From: Candidatus Spongiisociaceae bacterium
GTDB taxonomy: Bacteria; Actinomycetota; Acidimicrobiia; Spongiisociales; Spongiisociaceae
NCBI GenBank assembly: GCA_965219685.1
Contig: CBDCOH010000002.1
Span: 2,816,001 to 2,880,000 of the forward strand
Reading direction: 5' to 3'
DNA: 64,000 bases
In this document: positions 29,707 through 39,024 of the stretch, in pieces
Numbering within the stretch: the stretch's first letter is position 1
Layout: every line of letters begins with the position of its first letter
Translations under genes and position numbers: made by a program
Notes under the pieces: model-generated
Database searches by the model: none
Told to the model about the DNA's origin: nothing
The model's input: the letters and a program-made list of their open reading frames with translations, nothing else

Positions 29707-29987
29707 CACCAGAGAAAGGAGGTGGTCCGACTTGTTAGACAGTTCGTGTAGGACTCTGGAGGTGGCCGAGCGCTAGCGGCCGCGGGTCGCTTCCGATCGC
29801 TCCCCACACGGGAGTGATCGGGCAGGTGGCGACTCCAACTCGGACCACCGGGTCTCCCGTCCGCATGCTGGTCCTCATGCGGCATCGGTAACGAGGGCAG
29901 CGAAGCCCACCGATGAAGTACGGGCAGGCAGCAAAACTATCCAGAAGTCGTCGGGGACCCCCATACGGGGGTCCCCGGCTGTTTTTT
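29707..29987 (+). ncRNA. Candidate stand-alone structured RNA with extended SD and 14-codon micro-ORF
   Basis: TAGGAT -10 at 29695-29700, at least five predicted helices, intrinsic terminator; family not recognised. Confidence 0.6.
29950..29987 (+). terminator. Intrinsic terminator
   Basis: GTCGGGGACCCCC-ATAC-GGGGGTCCCCGGC followed by TGTTTTTT. Confidence 0.88.
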
Positions 29988-30048
29988 GGCTAGTGGCTGG
30001 TACCTAGTGGAACATACCGACAATATAGGCTAACATATACTGCTTTTG

Positions 30049-30328
30049 ACCATTCACCATTCACCATTCACCATTCACCATTCACCATTCACCATTCACC
30101 ATTCACCATTCACCATTCACCATTCACCATTCACCATTCACCATTCACCATTCACCATTCACCACTCACCACTCACCACTCACCACTCACCACTCACCAC
30201 TCACCACTCACCACTCACCACTCACCACTCACCACTCACCACTCACCACTCACCACTCACCACTCACCACTCACCACTCACCACTCACCACTCACCACTC
30301 ACCACTCACCACTCACCACTCACCACTC
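30049..30328. repeat. Heptamer tandem array (ACCATTC)16(ACCACTC)24
   Basis: Counted directly: 30049-30160 and 30161-30328; overlaps the stop codon of the cysteine synthase gene. Confidence 0.97.
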
Positions 30329-31270
30329 AAAGCCGTGCTCTGCCAGCCAGTCCTCGTTCCAGATCTTGGACAGGTACCCGCGTCCCGAATCGGGGATCAG
30401 CACGACGACGAGGCGGTCCGTGGTCTCGGCCGCTACTTCGAGGGCGGCGTGCACGGCCATCCCTCCCGAGCCTCCCACCAGGAGACCCTCGCTCCGGGCG
30501 AGGCGGCGGGCCATGTCGAAGGACTGGTGGTCGTCGACCATGATGTAACGGTCGACGAGGTCCCGGTCCAGGGTCTCAGGCCAAAAGTCCTCCCCGACCC
30601 CCTCGACCCTGTACTGGTGGATGTCCTCCTCGCAGGTGGCCGTGAATATGGATCCCTCGGGATCGGCGCCGACCAGTTCCACACCGGGCTTCCGCTCCCT
30701 CAGGTAACGGCCCACCCCCGTGATCGTCCCGCCCGTCCCGACCCCGGCCACGAAGACATCCACCTCGCCGCAGGTCTGATCCCACACCTCGGGTCCCGTA
30801 GTCAGGTAGTGCGCCTCCGGGTTGAACCGGTTCGAGTACTGGTCGGGGCTGTAGGCGCCTTCGATCTCGGCGGTGAGGCGTCGGGCCACCCCGTAGTAGG
30901 AGTCCTCGTCCTCCGGCAGGAGCTCGGTGGGCGTGACGATTACCTCCGCTCCGTACGCCATGAGCAGGTCGATCTTCTCGGGCGCCACCTTGTCGGGAAC
31001 CGTGCAGATGACCCGGTACCCGCGAACCGCCCCCACCATCGCCAACCCGGCGCCGGTATTGCCCGATGTCGGCTCGATGATGGTCCCGCCTTCGCCGAGG
31101 AGACCCATCTGCTCCGCACGGTCGATCATGTTGACCGCGATCCTCTCCTTGACGGAACCCGCCGGGTTCAAGTAGTCCACCTTGGCCACCAGGTTCCCGG
31201 GCGGGTGCAGGCGGGACAGGCGGACGAGGGGTGTCCCGCCCACCGCGTCGATGGCGCTCTCGTAGATCAC
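30320..31270 (-). CDS. PLP-dependent cysteine synthase / cystathionine beta-synthase family (no CBS domains)
   Basis: GGTPLVRL, NPAGSVKERIA, EPTSGNTG, GVGTGGT, PDSGRGYLSK. Confidence 0.93.
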   Translation of the reverse strand: MIYESAIDAVGGTPLVRLSRLHPPGNLVAKVDYLNPAGSVKERIAVNMIDRAEQMGLLGEGGTIIEPTSGNTGAGLAMVGAVRGYRVICTVPDKVAPEKIDLLMAYGAEVIVTPTELLPEDEDSYYGVARRLTAEIEGAYSPDQYSNRFNPEAHYLTTGPEVWDQTCGEVDVFVAGVGTGGTITGVGRYLRERKPGVELVGADPEGSIFTATCEEDIHQYRVEGVGEDFWPETLDRDLVDRYIMVDDHQSFDMARRLARSEGLLVGGSGGMAVHAALEVAAETTDRLVVVLIPDSGRGYLSKIWNEDWLAEHGFEW

Positions 31271-31313
31271 GAGCGGGGAGGGTAGCGGCGGGGATCCCGG
31301 GCGCTGCCGGAGC

Positions 31314-33332
31314 TCACAACTGGGCCGCCATCTGCTCGTAGGTGGAGACCGGCGTGCGGCAGACACCCCGCTCACACACGTAGGCGAGTGTCTCCCCCTC
31401 GCGATACCGGCCCGCCAGCACCGGGACGGTGTCGTCGGGCTCTGTAGTGGGCGCTACCAGAACGTTGGGACGGTACGCGGAGGCGAGTCTTGCCGCCCAC
31501 TCCAAGGAATCGGGCCCGGCCAGGGCGACCTCCCGGTAACCCGCCTGCGAGGTTGCGAGGACGGCCAGCAGGTGCCCTGCCGCGCTCGGAGCCGCCTCGA
31601 CCAGCCGATGGCCGGAGCGAACGATCTGCTCGAACCGGTCGTGGTAGGTGAAGTCCCCGGTCAAATGGCCGATGATCAGGTAACACTCCGCCGCCAGGGA
31701 CGCCCCGGAGGCGCTCGGGTTGTCCTGCTGGTCGGGTGGCCGGACCACCAGGTTGGAAGCATCGGCGGCACTGGCGAACAAGACGCCCCCCGGACCGCCG
31801 AAGTGGCGTTCGAGCAGGTCGATAAGATCCTGCGCCGCCTCGAACCACCCGGACTCGCCGGTGGCCTGGTACAGCTCGAGAAGGCCGAGGGCGTAGGAAG
31901 CGTGATCCTCCAGGAACCCCGCCACGGGGGACAGACCGTTGCTCCAAGTGCGGGACAGCCGCCCGTCCGGGCGCCGCATCTCGCCCAGCACGAAGCCCGC
32001 GTTGTCGCGGGCCGCGTCTAGGTAACGGCCGTCGCCCAGCACCGGTCCTGCCACGGCCAGTGCTCGCAGGGCAAGCCCGTTCCATGCGGTGATTATCTTG
32101 TGATCCAGGCCGGGCCGGATCCTGGTCTCCCTACGAGCCAGCAACCCCGTCCTGGCTCTCCGGATCGCTGCTGCCACCTCCTGGCGGCGCATGGAGAAGA
32201 GCTCGGCGACCTCGGTAACGGTGAGCGCCTGGTGCAACACGTTGGTGCCTTCGAAGTTGCCGGACTGCGTGACCCCGAAGTAGGCCGCGGCGGGGGGACC
32301 GTCGGCCGGCCCCACGACCTCGTGGAACTCCCCGTGGTCGAACACGTAGAACTTGCCTTCGACACCTTCGGAGTCGGCGTCCTCGGCCGCGAAGAACCCT
32401 CCCGCCGGGTGGCGCAGATCTCTCAGGATGTAGTCCAGCGTCTCGGCGGCTACCCGGTGATAGAACCGGTCCCCGGTGATCTGGCCCGCCCGTAGGTAGA
32501 GGCGGGCGAGGTCGGCGTTGTCGTAGAGCATCTTCTCGAAATGGGGAACGAGCCAGATCCGGTCGACCGCGTAGCGGGCGAACCCGCCGCCCAGGTGGTC
32601 CCGGATGCCCCCGCGGGCCATACGGGTGAGGGTATCGGTCAGCATCCCGGCAGCTTCGGTCGCCCACGGGAGTCCGGCGATACGGCTCAGGAACTCCAGA
32701 GAGGGCGCCTGGGGGAACTTGGGGGCACCGCCAAAGCCGCCGTGCTCCCGGTCGAAGTGGTGGGCGAGCGTGCGGTAGGCGGTCTCGACCCGATCGCTGT
32801 CCGGGACCTCCTCGGCAACGGGAAGCGCCGCTCCGATGACCTTGGTGAGTTCAGCCGCCTGCGCCTGCACGTCCCCGCGCCGGTGTTCCCATGCGTGGCT
32901 GATCGCCTCCAGTACCCGGCGGAAGCTCGGCATCCCATGGCGTTCAACATCCGGGAAGTACGTGCCGGCGAAGAAGGGCTTGCCCTCCGGTGTGAGAAAC
33001 ACGGTCATCGGCCACCCACCCCTGCCTGTCATGGTGTTCACGGCATCCATGTATATGGAGTCGACATCGGGCCGTTCCTCGCGGTCGACCTTGACCGAGA
33101 CGAAATACCGGTTCATGAACCGGGCGGTCTCCTCATCGTGGAACGACTCGCGCTCCATGACATGGCACCAGTGGCAGGTGGAGTAGCCGACCGACAGAAG
33201 GATGGGCCGGTCGGTGCGTCGGGCGACCTCGAAGGCGTCGTCACTCCACGGATACCAGTCGACGGGGTTGTCCCGATGCTGGATGAGGTAGGGCGACAGG
33301 CCTCCGAGATCGAGATTTCTCAGGAGTGACAT
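31314..33332 (-). CDS. Thioredoxin domain-containing protein YyaL/SSP411 family
   Basis: [46 protein letters not shown]. Confidence 0.94.
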   Translation of the reverse strand: MSLLRNLDLGGLSPYLIQHRDNPVDWYPWSDDAFEVARRTDRPILLSVGYSTCHWCHVMERESFHDEETARFMNRYFVSVKVDREERPDVDSIYMDAVNTMTGRGGWPMTVFLTPEGKPFFAGTYFPDVERHGMPSFRRVLEAISHAWEHRRGDVQAQAAELTKVIGAALPVAEEVPDSDRVETAYRTLAHHFDREHGGFGGAPKFPQAPSLEFLSRIAGLPWATEAAGMLTDTLTRMARGGIRDHLGGGFARYAVDRIWLVPHFEKMLYDNADLARLYLRAGQITGDRFYHRVAAETLDYILRDLRHPAGGFFAAEDADSEGVEGKFYVFDHGEFHEVVGPADGPPAAAYFGVTQSGNFEGTNVLHQALTVTEVAELFSMRRQEVAAAIRRARTGLLARRETRIRPGLDHKIITAWNGLALRALAVAGPVLGDGRYLDAARDNAGFVLGEMRRPDGRLSRTWSNGLSPVAGFLEDHASYALGLLELYQATGESGWFEAAQDLIDLLERHFGGPGGVLFASAADASNLVVRPPDQQDNPSASGASLAAECYLIIGHLTGDFTYHDRFEQIVRSGHRLVEAAPSAAGHLLAVLATSQAGYREVALAGPDSLEWAARLASAYRPNVLVAPTTEPDDTVPVLAGRYREGETLAYVCERGVCRTPVSTYEQMAAQL

Positions 33333-33592
33333 GGCGAACAGGATTGTATTTCGATGGTTGCCTCGGGGTCGGTCATCCAATGATACGGGCTACGGGCGGC
33401 GGCGGCGGCGCATCCCACCACAGCCGGTCACTCCCCGCAGCGTGGCGCATCTCCGATCAACTCAACAGGAACCGGATCGGTCGCCGGCACGAACCGGCCG
33501 GACGTCCGCGGATCATCCCCGGAGCCAAGCTCGGGAGACGGACCGCTAAGGGACGCCTCGCCGGGACCGGAACAAAACGCGAACAAAGGGGG

Positions 33593-33621
33593 TTAACAAG
33601 TGGAAGTACTTCTGGCATAGT
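33593..33621 (+). promoter_or_regulatory. Putative sigma70-type promoter of the sigma factor gene
   Basis: TTAACA-N17-CATAGT with extended TG; about 250 nt upstream of the ATG. Confidence 0.5.
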
Positions 33622-33880
33622 TATGGTTGCCGGAATCGGTTGGTCATACCGTGCGGTCCAGATCCGCGTCGTCGTCGGTGGAGGTTCCACAGGGCGTGAC
33701 CACGATATTGCCGGGTGGCAGAGTAGGTTGAGCGGGCCGGTACCATTGCCGCACGACCCCCGCGCGCCCGTGGCAGCCGGCACGACGGAGGAGAGGCGCC
33801 CCAAGTAGGGTGCCTGAGGAGAGGCCAGCGACGATGGCGAGAATCTTGAGGATCGAACGAGGACAGGGGGAAGCATCCGC

Positions 33881-34894
33881 ATGGTTGTAGCCAACCGGAC
33901 CAGGCAGAAACCGGTGCCCGCGGCGGCGGATGCCCGTACCAGGCGGGCGCGTGAGCGCAACCGCAGCAAGCTGACCGACGAGCGGGGACGCTTGACCACC
34001 GATCTGGTCAGCCAGTACCTGGCCGCTATCGGCGAGTACGACCTGCTCACCGCCGAGCAGGAAGTGGAACTCGCCCAGAAGATCGAGTCCGGGCAGGAAG
34101 CGGCGGCGCGTTTGTCGGAGGGCGACTTCACCACCTCCAAGGAACAGTACACGCTGGAGCGGAAGCGGAGCAAGGGTCGCGAGGCCAAGGACACGTTCCT
34201 CACTGCGAACCTGCGTCTGGTGGTGGCCAACGCCAGGAAGTACGCCAACACCAACGGCATCGACTTCCTCGACCTGATCCAGGAGGGCAACCTGGGCCTG
34301 ATCCGGGCTGTCGAGAAGTTCGACTGGCGCAAGGGGTTCAAGTTCTCGACCTACGCGACCTGGTGGATACGCCAGGCCATAACCCGCGCGATCGCCGACA
34401 AGTCCAGAACGGTCAGGATCCCGGTCCATCTCCACGACACGTTGGCCGCGGTCAGGGCGGCTCAGGCCAGCCTCAAAGCCGAGTTGGGCAGGGACCCGAA
34501 GCCGGCCGAGATCGCCGAGGAAGCCGGTGTCACCCTCGACAAGGTGGAGTTGGCCCTCAGCGTCTCCGATGCCGCCTCCCTCGAGAAGCCGGTCGGCGAG
34601 GACGGAGCCCAGCTCGGGGACTTCATCGAGGACCAGGACGCCGCCGACCCGGTTCGCATCACCGAGGAACTCGACGTCTCGGAGTGCCTGCGCCGGTCAA
34701 TCGACCGACTTCCCCGACGCGAGGGCAGGATCCTCGCGCTGCGTTACGGGTTCCTCGACGGGGTGCCCCGCACGCTCGAGGAGATCGGGGAGGAGTTCAA
34801 CCTGACCCGCGAACGGATCCGCCAACTTGAGAAGCTGGCCCTCTGCCGGTTGCGGCATCCTTCATTCGGTATCCGCGAGCAGGACCTGATCTGA
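33881..34894 (+). CDS. RNA polymerase sigma-70 factor, RpoD/SigA/SigB family (group 2-like, no region 1.1)
   Basis: [47 protein letters not shown]. Confidence 0.95.
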   Translation: MVVANRTRQKPVPAAADARTRRARERNRSKLTDERGRLTTDLVSQYLAAIGEYDLLTAEQEVELAQKIESGQEAAARLSEGDFTTSKEQYTLERKRSKGREAKDTFLTANLRLVVANARKYANTNGIDFLDLIQEGNLGLIRAVEKFDWRKGFKFSTYATWWIRQAITRAIADKSRTVRIPVHLHDTLAAVRAAQASLKAELGRDPKPAEIAEEAGVTLDKVELALSVSDAASLEKPVGEDGAQLGDFIEDQDAADPVRITEELDVSECLRRSIDRLPRREGRILALRYGFLDGVPRTLEEIGEEFNLTRERIRQLEKLALCRLRHPSFGIREQDLI

Positions 34895-34971
34895 CCGCAG
34901 ACCTGTAGGGACAGACCTGCCGCGCCGCGTCGGGCCACCGGCAACCCGGGACCCGAGGTGTCAGGGTCCGG

Positions 34972-36378
34972 TCACCCCTCGTAGACCGCGCCTTCCGGGT
35001 AGAAGGCACCCCAGGCGAACCAGAACTCGTTGCGGTGCACCGCGATCTGTAGGCGGTTGCCTGCGAGCGGGCCGCTGACCGCCTCGCCCAGCAGGGTCCA
35101 CTGCGACGACGTCTCCAGGTCGCGGAACACATCGCCCTCCTTGGCGAACGTGAGTTCCCGGCCGTCGACAGTTCGAAGGTAGGCGAGGCCGGTCCCGATC
35201 GAGCGACCCTCGCTCAGATCTCTGGTGTCCAGGGCGTCGGCCGTCTCGCCTCCCCAGAAGACCGCGACCGGAACACCGCCGACGGAGTCGTTGACAGCGC
35301 CGAGCGCCGAGATGACCGGGAACGGATAGGCGGTGGCGCCCCCGCCCTCGGTCACGCCCACCACTCGCTCCAACGCCCGGTAACGGGGATCGATCTCTCC
35401 CGTGTAGAACGGGTAGGGAGCCGACCGGGTCGAGTAGCCCTCGTAGGGGTTGTAGACGTAGGGCGCTCCGAGCCCGCTCTCGCGGGACAGCGAGACACCG
35501 TCGGGATAGGCGGCGGCGAACTCGCCGAAGGAGACGATGGCGGTGGGGACCGGCTGCAGGAACGTTCCCGTCGCGGTGCCGACGATGGCTTCGCCGGTCA
35601 CCTGCTGCCACAAAGAGACGGTCCGATCGTCCCACATCACGAGATCGGAGTTGCGCAACAGACCCGACACACCGAAGCGCAGCACGTGGCCGTCCACCCT
35701 CCGATCGAAGGCGAGGGCCGTGTTGCATAGAGGGCAGTAGGTGACCGCCACCGGGATCCCGGCGATCTCGTCGTTGACTATCTCGTGGCGGTGGAGGATG
35801 CCCAGCGGATAGAAGCGGGCCTCGCCGCCCAGCAGCACCAACGTACCCGGCACCCGGTTGTCGAGCCATGAGGAGGCGTCGGCCACCGACTCGAAGACGG
35901 GGCGGTCGATGGGCGGTATGCCGTCACGGGGATCGATCATGGGCAGGCCCACCAGCAGTTCGCCGAGATCGATCGAGTTGATGCTCCAGTCGGTGGGCCA
36001 CGGAGCGGTGACCTGCCTGACCAGCGGGTCGAGGCGCTCCAAGGGATCAGAGGTAACGGCGGAGGGAGCGGAGGTCGAGGGGACGGAGGTCGAGGGGACG
36101 GAGGTGTCGGCAGGCGCAGTTCCCACCGATGTGCTGCTCGCCGCAGTACTGCTCTCCGCCGCGGCTGTAGTGCCGGGTTGGGACCCTTGCGTGCTCGAGG
36201 GGACGGCCGCGGTAGTGGGGACCGGCCCGGCAGGCGTGGTCTCCACCGCGGACGTTGGAGGAGCCGGCTCGGCATCCTCCGACCCGGAACAGGCGGCGGA
36301 TAGCACCAGCAGCATCGCCAAACCGGAGAGTGCCAAGGCCCGTAGGGCCCGGTGAAGGGGATGCTGGGCGGTCAACAT
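34972..36378 (-). CDS. DUF3179 domain lipoprotein
   Basis: Lipobox SAAC, S/T-rich linker, DGIPPID, HEIVND, YCPLCNT, FGVSG, FWFAW. Confidence 0.88.
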   Translation of the reverse strand: MLTAQHPLHRALRALALSGLAMLLVLSAACSGSEDAEPAPPTSAVETTPAGPVPTTAAVPSSTQGSQPGTTAAAESSTAASSTSVGTAPADTSVPSTSVPSTSAPSAVTSDPLERLDPLVRQVTAPWPTDWSINSIDLGELLVGLPMIDPRDGIPPIDRPVFESVADASSWLDNRVPGTLVLLGGEARFYPLGILHRHEIVNDEIAGIPVAVTYCPLCNTALAFDRRVDGHVLRFGVSGLLRNSDLVMWDDRTVSLWQQVTGEAIVGTATGTFLQPVPTAIVSFGEFAAAYPDGVSLSRESGLGAPYVYNPYEGYSTRSAPYPFYTGEIDPRYRALERVVGVTEGGGATAYPFPVISALGAVNDSVGGVPVAVFWGGETADALDTRDLSEGRSIGTGLAYLRTVDGRELTFAKEGDVFRDLETSSQWTLLGEAVSGPLAGNRLQIAVHRNEFWFAWGAFYPEGAVYEG

Positions 36379-36466
36379 GAGAGCGAGCCCAGCCTAGGCG
36401 ATCCGGGTGCCTACTCCCGCCGAGGTGTGGACGGGACTCGCGCCGGGTCGCGGCTCCGGGCGGGCC

Positions 36467-37330
36467 CTACCCGGGTGGCGCCAGGTAATTGGAGGTTGCC
36501 AGCTTGCCGTCGACGAAGTCGAAGACCCAGGTGGACCCCTTCTGGAACGGAAGGGTCGCCGGATCGCCGACCAGCTTCCGCAGGATCTTCCTCACGTTGG
36601 CCCGATGCGAGCAGAAGAGCCTGGTGCCCCCGCCCGGGCTTTCGACCAGGGACTCGACCCGGGTCCTTCCGGCTTCCTCCCACAGGGCCTTGCTGATCTG
36701 CGGAACGAGCCCGCGCGCCCGGGCCAGGGGAGCGACCGTCTCCACACAACGGGCCGCGGGGCTAGTGACGATCGTGTCGATGTCGAACCACTGGAGGAGC
36801 CCGACGATGGCCTCCGCCTGTGCCGTCCCTCGTTTCGACAGCGGCCGGGCTGAGTCGTCGGGGCCCCACCTGCCGCGGGCGCCGGCTTTGGCATGACGGG
36901 TCAGCAGGATACGGTCGGCGGGACCTCTCCACTTCTCCCCCAAGCCGGCTACCAACTCCCGCTCCGTCGCGTAGGCGACCCGGGAGTCCAGGGACTGCTC
37001 ACCCACCCAGCGGATCCGGTCGACCTCGCCCGAAGGGACGAACGCGAGGCTTCCGGCCCGCATCGCCCAGTAGTCCACCACCTTCGGCATACCGTTCCGC
37101 TTCGTGTACGAGAGACGGCCGAGGTAGCAGCCGACCACGGGAGTAACTCCGGCCTCCTCCCACACCTCCCGGCTGGCGCATTCGAGCAGGCTCTCGTCGT
37201 CCTCCACCTTCCCTTTGGGAAACGTCCAGTCCCCGTACTTGGGGCGGTGCACCTGCAGGAACTCGACGCCGTCCGGTCCTTCACGCCAGACCACCCCACC
37301 AGATGCGCGCTCGACGGGAAGGTCCGTCAT
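36467..37330 (-). CDS. NUDIX hydrolase fused to histidine phosphatase domain (MutT1-like)
   Basis: HRPKYGDWTFPKGK..REVWEEAG Nudix box; RHAKAG phosphatase motif. Confidence 0.9.
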   Translation of the reverse strand: MTDLPVERASGGVVWREGPDGVEFLQVHRPKYGDWTFPKGKVEDDESLLECASREVWEEAGVTPVVGCYLGRLSYTKRNGMPKVVDYWAMRAGSLAFVPSGEVDRIRWVGEQSLDSRVAYATERELVAGLGEKWRGPADRILLTRHAKAGARGRWGPDDSARPLSKRGTAQAEAIVGLLQWFDIDTIVTSPAARCVETVAPLARARGLVPQISKALWEEAGRTRVESLVESPGGGTRLFCSHRANVRKILRKLVGDPATLPFQKGSTWVFDFVDGKLATSNYLAPPG

Positions 37331-37434
37331 CGCAAAGACATGAACGTCTGCCTGTTCATAGGATCATGGCCACTCTAGGGGCGCGGCCGCTCCTACCCTG
37401 TTTTCACACCGCGGCACCGGACCGCAGGGTCCGG

Positions 37435-37986
37435 TCATCGCATCCCGGCTCGTCCTACCTCGATCACCGCGTCGACCGCCTCGCGGGCAGTGTCCACCAT
37501 CGTGACGAGACCGGGGGCTGTACGCAGGTCGGCGGTCAACATATCGACGATCCGCCCCCATGCCTGGCGGAATGCGATGACCGGGTCCGGCGGCACTCCG
37601 CGCCTCGCGGCCAGGAACGCATCGTTCCATGCAAGGGCCAGTTCGGTCAGCGTCCCGATGCTCCCCGGCATGACGACGTAGGCGAAGGACAACTCGGACA
37701 TGATCTTGATGCGATCGATGAGGCTTTCCGCCGGAATCTCCTCGGTCAGATAGCTGTTCCCGCCCGGCCTGCCGGGGAAGAGAGCGGGCGCAGTGACCCC
37801 GATCGCCCGTCCTCCGGCACCGGCGGCTCCGGCCGAAACGGCCTCCATCAGCCCGGAGTAGCCGCCATTGACCACCCCGAAACCGGCGTGCGCGAGACGC
37901 CGGCCCAACTCGACACCCATCTCGTAGACACCGTCGCCCGGCCGCGAACTCGACGCGCCGTACACGGCCACGATCCTGTCGTCCAT
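37435..37986 (-). CDS. LOG family protein
   Basis: GGYSGLMEAVSAGA, PGSIGTLTEL. Confidence 0.88.
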   Translation of the reverse strand: MDDRIVAVYGASSSRPGDGVYEMGVELGRRLAHAGFGVVNGGYSGLMEAVSAGAAGAGGRAIGVTAPALFPGRPGGNSYLTEEIPAESLIDRIKIMSELSFAYVVMPGSIGTLTELALAWNDAFLAARRGVPPDPVIAFRQAWGRIVDMLTADLRTAPGLVTMVDTAREAVDAVIEVGRAGMR

Positions 37987-38165
37987 CCCGGCCGAGGGTA
38001 CACGGACCGTCCGAGATGCGCGGTCCCTCGGACCCACACTGGACGGCTCGTGTCGCGGCCCGCCGGAGATCGCCCGGCCTTGAACCAGTAGTTTCGTGCC
38101 CTGATTAGGGTGAATGCCGAGTAAGGAAGACCCAGACGCCGATCACTCACAGGAGGAGACGCAGG

Positions 38166-38957
38166 TTGAGCGAACGTCCCCGTTTCTACAGACGAAGGTC
38201 CGTCCAGATCGCCGCGGTGGTGATAGTCGTACCTCTCGCGGCCCTAGCCTGGTGGCTGCTTTCACCCCTCTTCATCGACGAGGTCGTGGACGAACCGTTC
38301 CCCAGGGCGGCCATGGCGGTGATACCGGACGACATGACCGCCGAAGAGGTCGAGCAGAAGATGATGGAGGCGGAGGCGGTCGACACGCCCGCCTACGAGG
38401 ACATGCCGGAACCGGCAGCGGCGGCGCCTCCCACGACCACTCCCGGAACGACGACCACCCACGCGTCCGGCGCGATGGATGCGGATGACCCGGTCGAGAC
38501 GGACGAGGGGAGCGCGGGCACAGCCGTCGAGGAGACCTCGGGCACTACGACCACGTCGCCGGCTTCCGAGGAGGCGAGCGCCACACCTACGACTGCACTG
38601 CAGCAGGCCCGTCCCGTAGCCCTGGCGACCGGGGAACTCATGGATGCCGACTCCTTCCACAAGGGTTCCGGACAGGTGACCCTCTATCGCCTGGAGGACG
38701 GCACGAACCTGGTACGCATGGAGGACATCTCGGTCACCAACGGGCCCCAGCTCCACGTGCTGCTGGCGCCCATACCGAGCGTGGGCAGCCGCGAGGATCT
38801 GCAGTCCGCCGGATACATCGACCTGGGACCGCTCAAGGGCAACAAGGGTTCCCAGAACTACGAGGTACCGCCCGACTATCCGATCCCCGAGGAGATGACC
38901 CTGGTCATCTACTGCGTGCCGTTCCACGTGGTGTTCGCAACCGCGCCCCTGGCGTAG
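38166..38957 (+). CDS. DM13 domain membrane-anchored protein
   Basis: N-terminal TM with SPLFID; HKGSG, NGPQLHV, LKGNKGSQNY, IYCVPFHVVFA. Confidence 0.88.
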   Translation: MSERPRFYRRRSVQIAAVVIVVPLAALAWWLLSPLFIDEVVDEPFPRAAMAVIPDDMTAEEVEQKMMEAEAVDTPAYEDMPEPAAAAPPTTTPGTTTTHASGAMDADDPVETDEGSAGTAVEETSGTTTTSPASEEASATPTTALQQARPVALATGELMDADSFHKGSGQVTLYRLEDGTNLVRMEDISVTNGPQLHVLLAPIPSVGSREDLQSAGYIDLGPLKGNKGSQNYEVPPDYPIPEEMTLVIYCVPFHVVFATAPLA

Positions 38958-38959
38958 GT

Positions 38960-39024
38960 TGGTGAATGGTGAGTGGTGAATAGTGAATGGTGACCAGTGC
39001 TAAGTTAACTTAACACCTAACACC
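38960..39024. repeat. Short heptamer repeats between convergent genes
   Basis: TGGTGAA TGGTGAG TGGTGAA TAGTGAA TGGTGAC (38960-38994) and TAACACC x2 (39011-39024). Confidence 0.75.

Noticed and set aside
29920-29945. GCAGGCAGCAAAACTATCCA loosely recalls a raiA-motif RNA segment
   Set aside because: Wrong position in the RNA and other raiA conserved blocks not found; not assigned
30046-30543. ORF encoding (TIHHSPF)n(TTHHSPL)n
   Set aside because: Translation of the heptamer array running antisense into cysteine synthase; no RBS seen
34972-36378. DUF3179 protein as a possible selenoprotein given selC
   Set aside because: Motif is CPLC with no in-frame TGA
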